Position numbers and translations under genes: made by a program. 28,993 nucleotides of DNA from Armatimonadota bacterium. Lineage in GTDB: Bacteria; Armatimonadota; UBA10988. Under the pieces are notes generated by a model. The model saw only the letters and a list, made by a program, of their open reading frames with translations. It did not search any database and had not been told where the DNA came from. Location of the stretch: contig JACRKZ010000004.1 of NCBI GenBank assembly GCA_016235455.1, positions 1-28,993 on the forward strand, in the 5' to 3' direction. Position 1 is the stretch's first letter. Each line of letters starts with the position of its first letter. Below, one piece after another: positions 26,379 through 28,993 of this stretch.

Positions 26379-27785
26379 ATGCAGCAACCCAACATCCTGT
26401 TCATCCTCATTGACGACATGGGCCAGCGCGATATCGGCTGCTATGGCAGCACCTTCTACGAGACGCCCAATCTGGACCGCTTCGCCGCGCAGGGCATGTT
26501 GTTCGAAAACGGCTATGCCGCCTGCCCGGTGTGCTCGCCGAGCCGCGCCAGCCTGCTGACCGGCCGCTATCCGGCGCGGTTGGGGATCACGCAGTACATC
26601 ATGCCCATCGAGAGCACCGGGCATCCCGACCGCGGCAAGCTGGTGGACGCCCCGTACCTGCGCGAACTGCGCTGCGAGGAGCAGACCGTCGCGACCATGC
26701 TGCGCGACGGCGGCTACCAGACCTGGCATGTGGGCAAGTGGCACCTGGGTCGCGAGCCCTACTGGCCGCTGCACCACGGGTTCGACGAGAACGTGGCCGG
26801 CTGCGACTGGGGCGCGCCGCACGGCTGCGGCTACTTCTCGCCTTGGGGCCTGCCAACGATGAGCGATGGCCCGGACGGCGAGTACCTGACCGACCGCCTG
26901 ACCGACGAGGCCATCGCGCTGCTCCGCCGGCGCGACCCGAGCCGGCCGTTCTTCCTCAACCTGTGGCACTACGCGGTGCACACACCCATCGAGGCGCCCG
27001 AGCCGCTGGTGGCCAAGTACCGCGAGAAGGCCCGGCGCCTGCGCCTCGACCAGATGCCTGCCATGGTCGAAGGCGAGCACTTCCCCACCGAGGCCAAGGG
27101 GCACCTCCGGGTCAAGCGGCGCATCATCCAGAGCGACCCGGCCTATGCGGCCATGGTCGAGAACCTGGACACCAATGTCGGCCGGCTGCTGGCCGTGCTC
27201 GACGAGTTGGGCCTGGCTGACGACACGGTGGTCATCTTCACCAGCGACAATGGCGGCCTGGCCACCAGCGAAGGTTCGCCCACTTGCAACGCGCCGCTGG
27301 CCGAAGGCAAGGGCTGGATGTATGACGGCGGCACGCGCGAGCCGTGGCTGGTGCGCTACCCGCGTCTCGTGCGCCCCGGCAGTCGCTGCGCCGTGCCCAT
27401 CACCAGCACCGACCTTTGCCCGACGCTGCTCGATCTGGCCGGCCTGCCGCCGCGGCCCGAGCGCCACTGCGACGGCCTGAGCCTGCTGCCGCTGCTGCGC
27501 GAGGAGCCCGAGTTCACCGACCGGCCCATCTTCTGGCACTTCCCGCACTACGCCAACCAGGGCGGCACGCCCGGCTCGTCAGTGCGCTGGGGCGAGTGGA
27601 AGCTCATCGAGTTCTTCGAGGATGGCCGGCTGGAACTCTACAACCTGGTCGACGATGTGAGCGAGTCGCGCAACCAGGCCGCCGAGCAGCCCGCGGTGAC
27701 CGCCCGGCTCAAGGCCGCGCTAGATGGCTGGCGCGATGACGTGGAGGCGCTGTTCCCGACGGTGAACCAGCAGCCGGCGAGCTGA
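26379..27785 (+). CDS. Cys-type sulfatase without a signal peptide
   Basis: 'PNILFILIDDMG', 'CSPSRASLLTGRY', 'GKWHLG', 'FTSDNGG', 'ELYNL'; GGAG RBS. Confidence 0.94.
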   Translation: MQQPNILFILIDDMGQRDIGCYGSTFYETPNLDRFAAQGMLFENGYAACPVCSPSRASLLTGRYPARLGITQYIMPIESTGHPDRGKLVDAPYLRELRCEEQTVATMLRDGGYQTWHVGKWHLGREPYWPLHHGFDENVAGCDWGAPHGCGYFSPWGLPTMSDGPDGEYLTDRLTDEAIALLRRRDPSRPFFLNLWHYAVHTPIEAPEPLVAKYREKARRLRLDQMPAMVEGEHFPTEAKGHLRVKRRIIQSDPAYAAMVENLDTNVGRLLAVLDELGLADDTVVIFTSDNGGLATSEGSPTCNAPLAEGKGWMYDGGTREPWLVRYPRLVRPGSRCAVPITSTDLCPTLLDLAGLPPRPERHCDGLSLLPLLREEPEFTDRPIFWHFPHYANQGGTPGSSVRWGEWKLIEFFEDGRLELYNLVDDVSESRNQAAEQPAVTARLKAALDGWRDDVEALFPTVNQQPAS

Positions 27786-27787
27786 CG

Positions 27788-27813
27788 GGAACGTGGCCCG
27801 CGGCGCGACCGTT
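27788..27813 (+). promoter_or_regulatory. Candidate ECF sigma promoter
   Basis: GGAAC-N17-CGTT immediately after the sulfatase stop. Confidence 0.5.
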
Positions 27814-27822
27814 ACGGTGCTC

Positions 27823-27957
27823 ATGGACCTGATCTTGATGGCGCTGGCTCTGATCATCCGCGTGGCGATCGCGCTAGCACGCGAGGCCGACGACACCGCG
27901 CCGGCCGACAGACGCTTCGGCCGGGCACGGATGTCAATGCGGTTCGGCGGCCGTTAG
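27823..27957 (+). CDS. Putative 44-aa small membrane protein (not in the ORF track)
   Basis: MDLILMALALIIRVAIALAREADDTAPADRRFGRARMSMRFGGR*; fills the gap, and its stop overlaps the convergent gene's stop; no SD sequence. Confidence 0.4.
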   Translation: MDLILMALALIIRVAIALAREADDTAPADRRFGRARMSMRFGGR

Positions 27958-28361
27958 CCCACCACCAGCGCCGTGACCAGCACCAGGCCCACCAGCGCCG
28001 CGCAGACGGCGCCGAACAACCACTCGCGCCGACGCAGACAGCCGGGCACGAGTGCCGCCACGGCCACCAGTGCCGCCACCGGCACCAGACACAGCCCGCT
28101 CATGGCCAGCATGTCCGAGTGGTGCAGCTCGCCCAGAAAGGCCCAGCCCTGCGGCATGGCGGTGGCCGCGGCAAACGCGCTGTGCGAGCGGTGCCAGTTG
28201 GCCTGAGCTGCCGCCGGCGAGACGCGGGGTGTGCCGACGCCCAACAGATAGGCTGCGTAGCTGGCCACCATCAACACCAGCGCCACGCGACTGCCCCAGG
28301 TGAGCACCGCCGCGCAGAGCAGCGACTCGCGTTCGGTGATGGCCGGCGTGGTCGTGTTCAT
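27954..28361 (-). CDS. DUF1634-like membrane protein
   Basis: 'GWAFLGELHHSDML' and about 3 TM helices; ATGA overlap with the upstream TauE/SafE gene, a usual pairing. Confidence 0.72.
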   Translation of the reverse strand: MNTTTPAITERESLLCAAVLTWGSRVALVLMVASYAAYLLGVGTPRVSPAAAQANWHRSHSAFAAATAMPQGWAFLGELHHSDMLAMSGLCLVPVAALVAVAALVPGCLRRREWLFGAVCAALVGLVLVTALVVG

Positions 28362-28993
28362 CGCAACAATCCCAGCAACCCGACCAACAGGCTGCGCGCG
28401 CCCGCCAACATCAGCACCGCCACCAACGTACGGCGGACCAGCGCGGCGTTGGCCACAGCCAGTCGGCGCGCGCCGATACGAGCGCCGAGCATCAGACCCA
28501 GCACGGACGGCACGACCATGAGCGGCAGGATGCTGCCGCTGCGCAGGTACACGGTCAGCGCGCCGGTGTTGCCCAGTGCGATGACCAGCACGCTGCTGGC
28601 GGCAGCCACCTTGAGCGGCACGCCCATCAGCGCGGTGAACGTGGGCACCATAGCCCAGCCGCCACCCACGCCGAACAGCCCGCCCGCCAGACCGATGACA
28701 AAGGCGATGGGCAGCCCGTAGCGCGCATAGTGCGCCTGCCAGGCCACGTGCTGGCCGTCGGGCTCCACGTAGCCGCCAACCATGCCCAGCGCCAGCGCGA
28801 TCGGGCCGCCTTCGCGCTCGGTGCTGGACGTACCAAGCCGGCACATCAGCAACGCCACGCCGAGCACCGTGACGCCGAGCAGCGTCTCGATGACCGCGCG
28901 CGGCGCCGCCAGGCCCAGCGACGCGCCGATGGCGCCGCCTAACGATGAGAACAGCGCGAACGGCACCGCCAGCCGTGGACTGGCCAGCCCGCG
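28358..28993 (-). CDS. Sulfite exporter TauE/SafE (TSUP) family protein, 5' end outside the window
   Basis: 'GLAGGLFGVGGGWAMVP', 'MGVPLKVAAASS'; frame is open to the window edge. Confidence 0.9.
   Translation of the reverse strand, partial: RGLASPRLAVPFALFSSLGGAIGASLGLAAPRAVIETLLGVTVLGVALLMCRLGTSSTEREGGPIALALGMVGGYVEPDGQHVAWQAHYARYGLPIAFVIGLAGGLFGVGGGWAMVPTFTALMGVPLKVAAASSVLVIALGNTGALTVYLRSGSILPLMVVPSVLGLMLGARIGARRLAVANAALVRRTLVAVLMLAGARSLLVGLLGLLR

Overview
A GC-rich bacterial window with densely packed genes. The prepilin-type '[32 protein letters not shown]' proteins suggest an Armatimonadota-like host (inference). In order it holds: a 5'-truncated CBM9-like/LamG gene; a DUF1080 gene; an Ig-like/thioredoxin/CcdA-like membrane fusion; three tandem prepilin/H-X9-DG (DUF1559-like) paralogs, each with its own TTGnnn-17-TATACT promoter and a related 3' hairpin; a GH2-family gene; a sucA-sucB-[polysaccharide deacetylase]-lpdA operon; a truncated orphan DUF1778 antitoxin; glyQS; and a glycan/sulfate-use block (two sulfatases, sialate O-acetylesterase, GNAT, MA-clan peptidase, DUF1634, TauE/SafE). 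The most notable items are the framework-plus-variable-loop, Cys-rich pilin-like triplet next to a thiol-redox membrane protein, and two apparent in-frame deletions of conserved segments (the GH2 nucleophile region and part of a sulfatase C-terminal domain). Also notable are a structured 250-nt leader, a 100-bp GCAGAT foldback element, and an ECF-type promoter ahead of an uncalled 44-codon ORF. No rRNA, tRNA, CRISPR array, transposase or reverse transcriptase was seen. Family calls come from motif recognition, not database searches.
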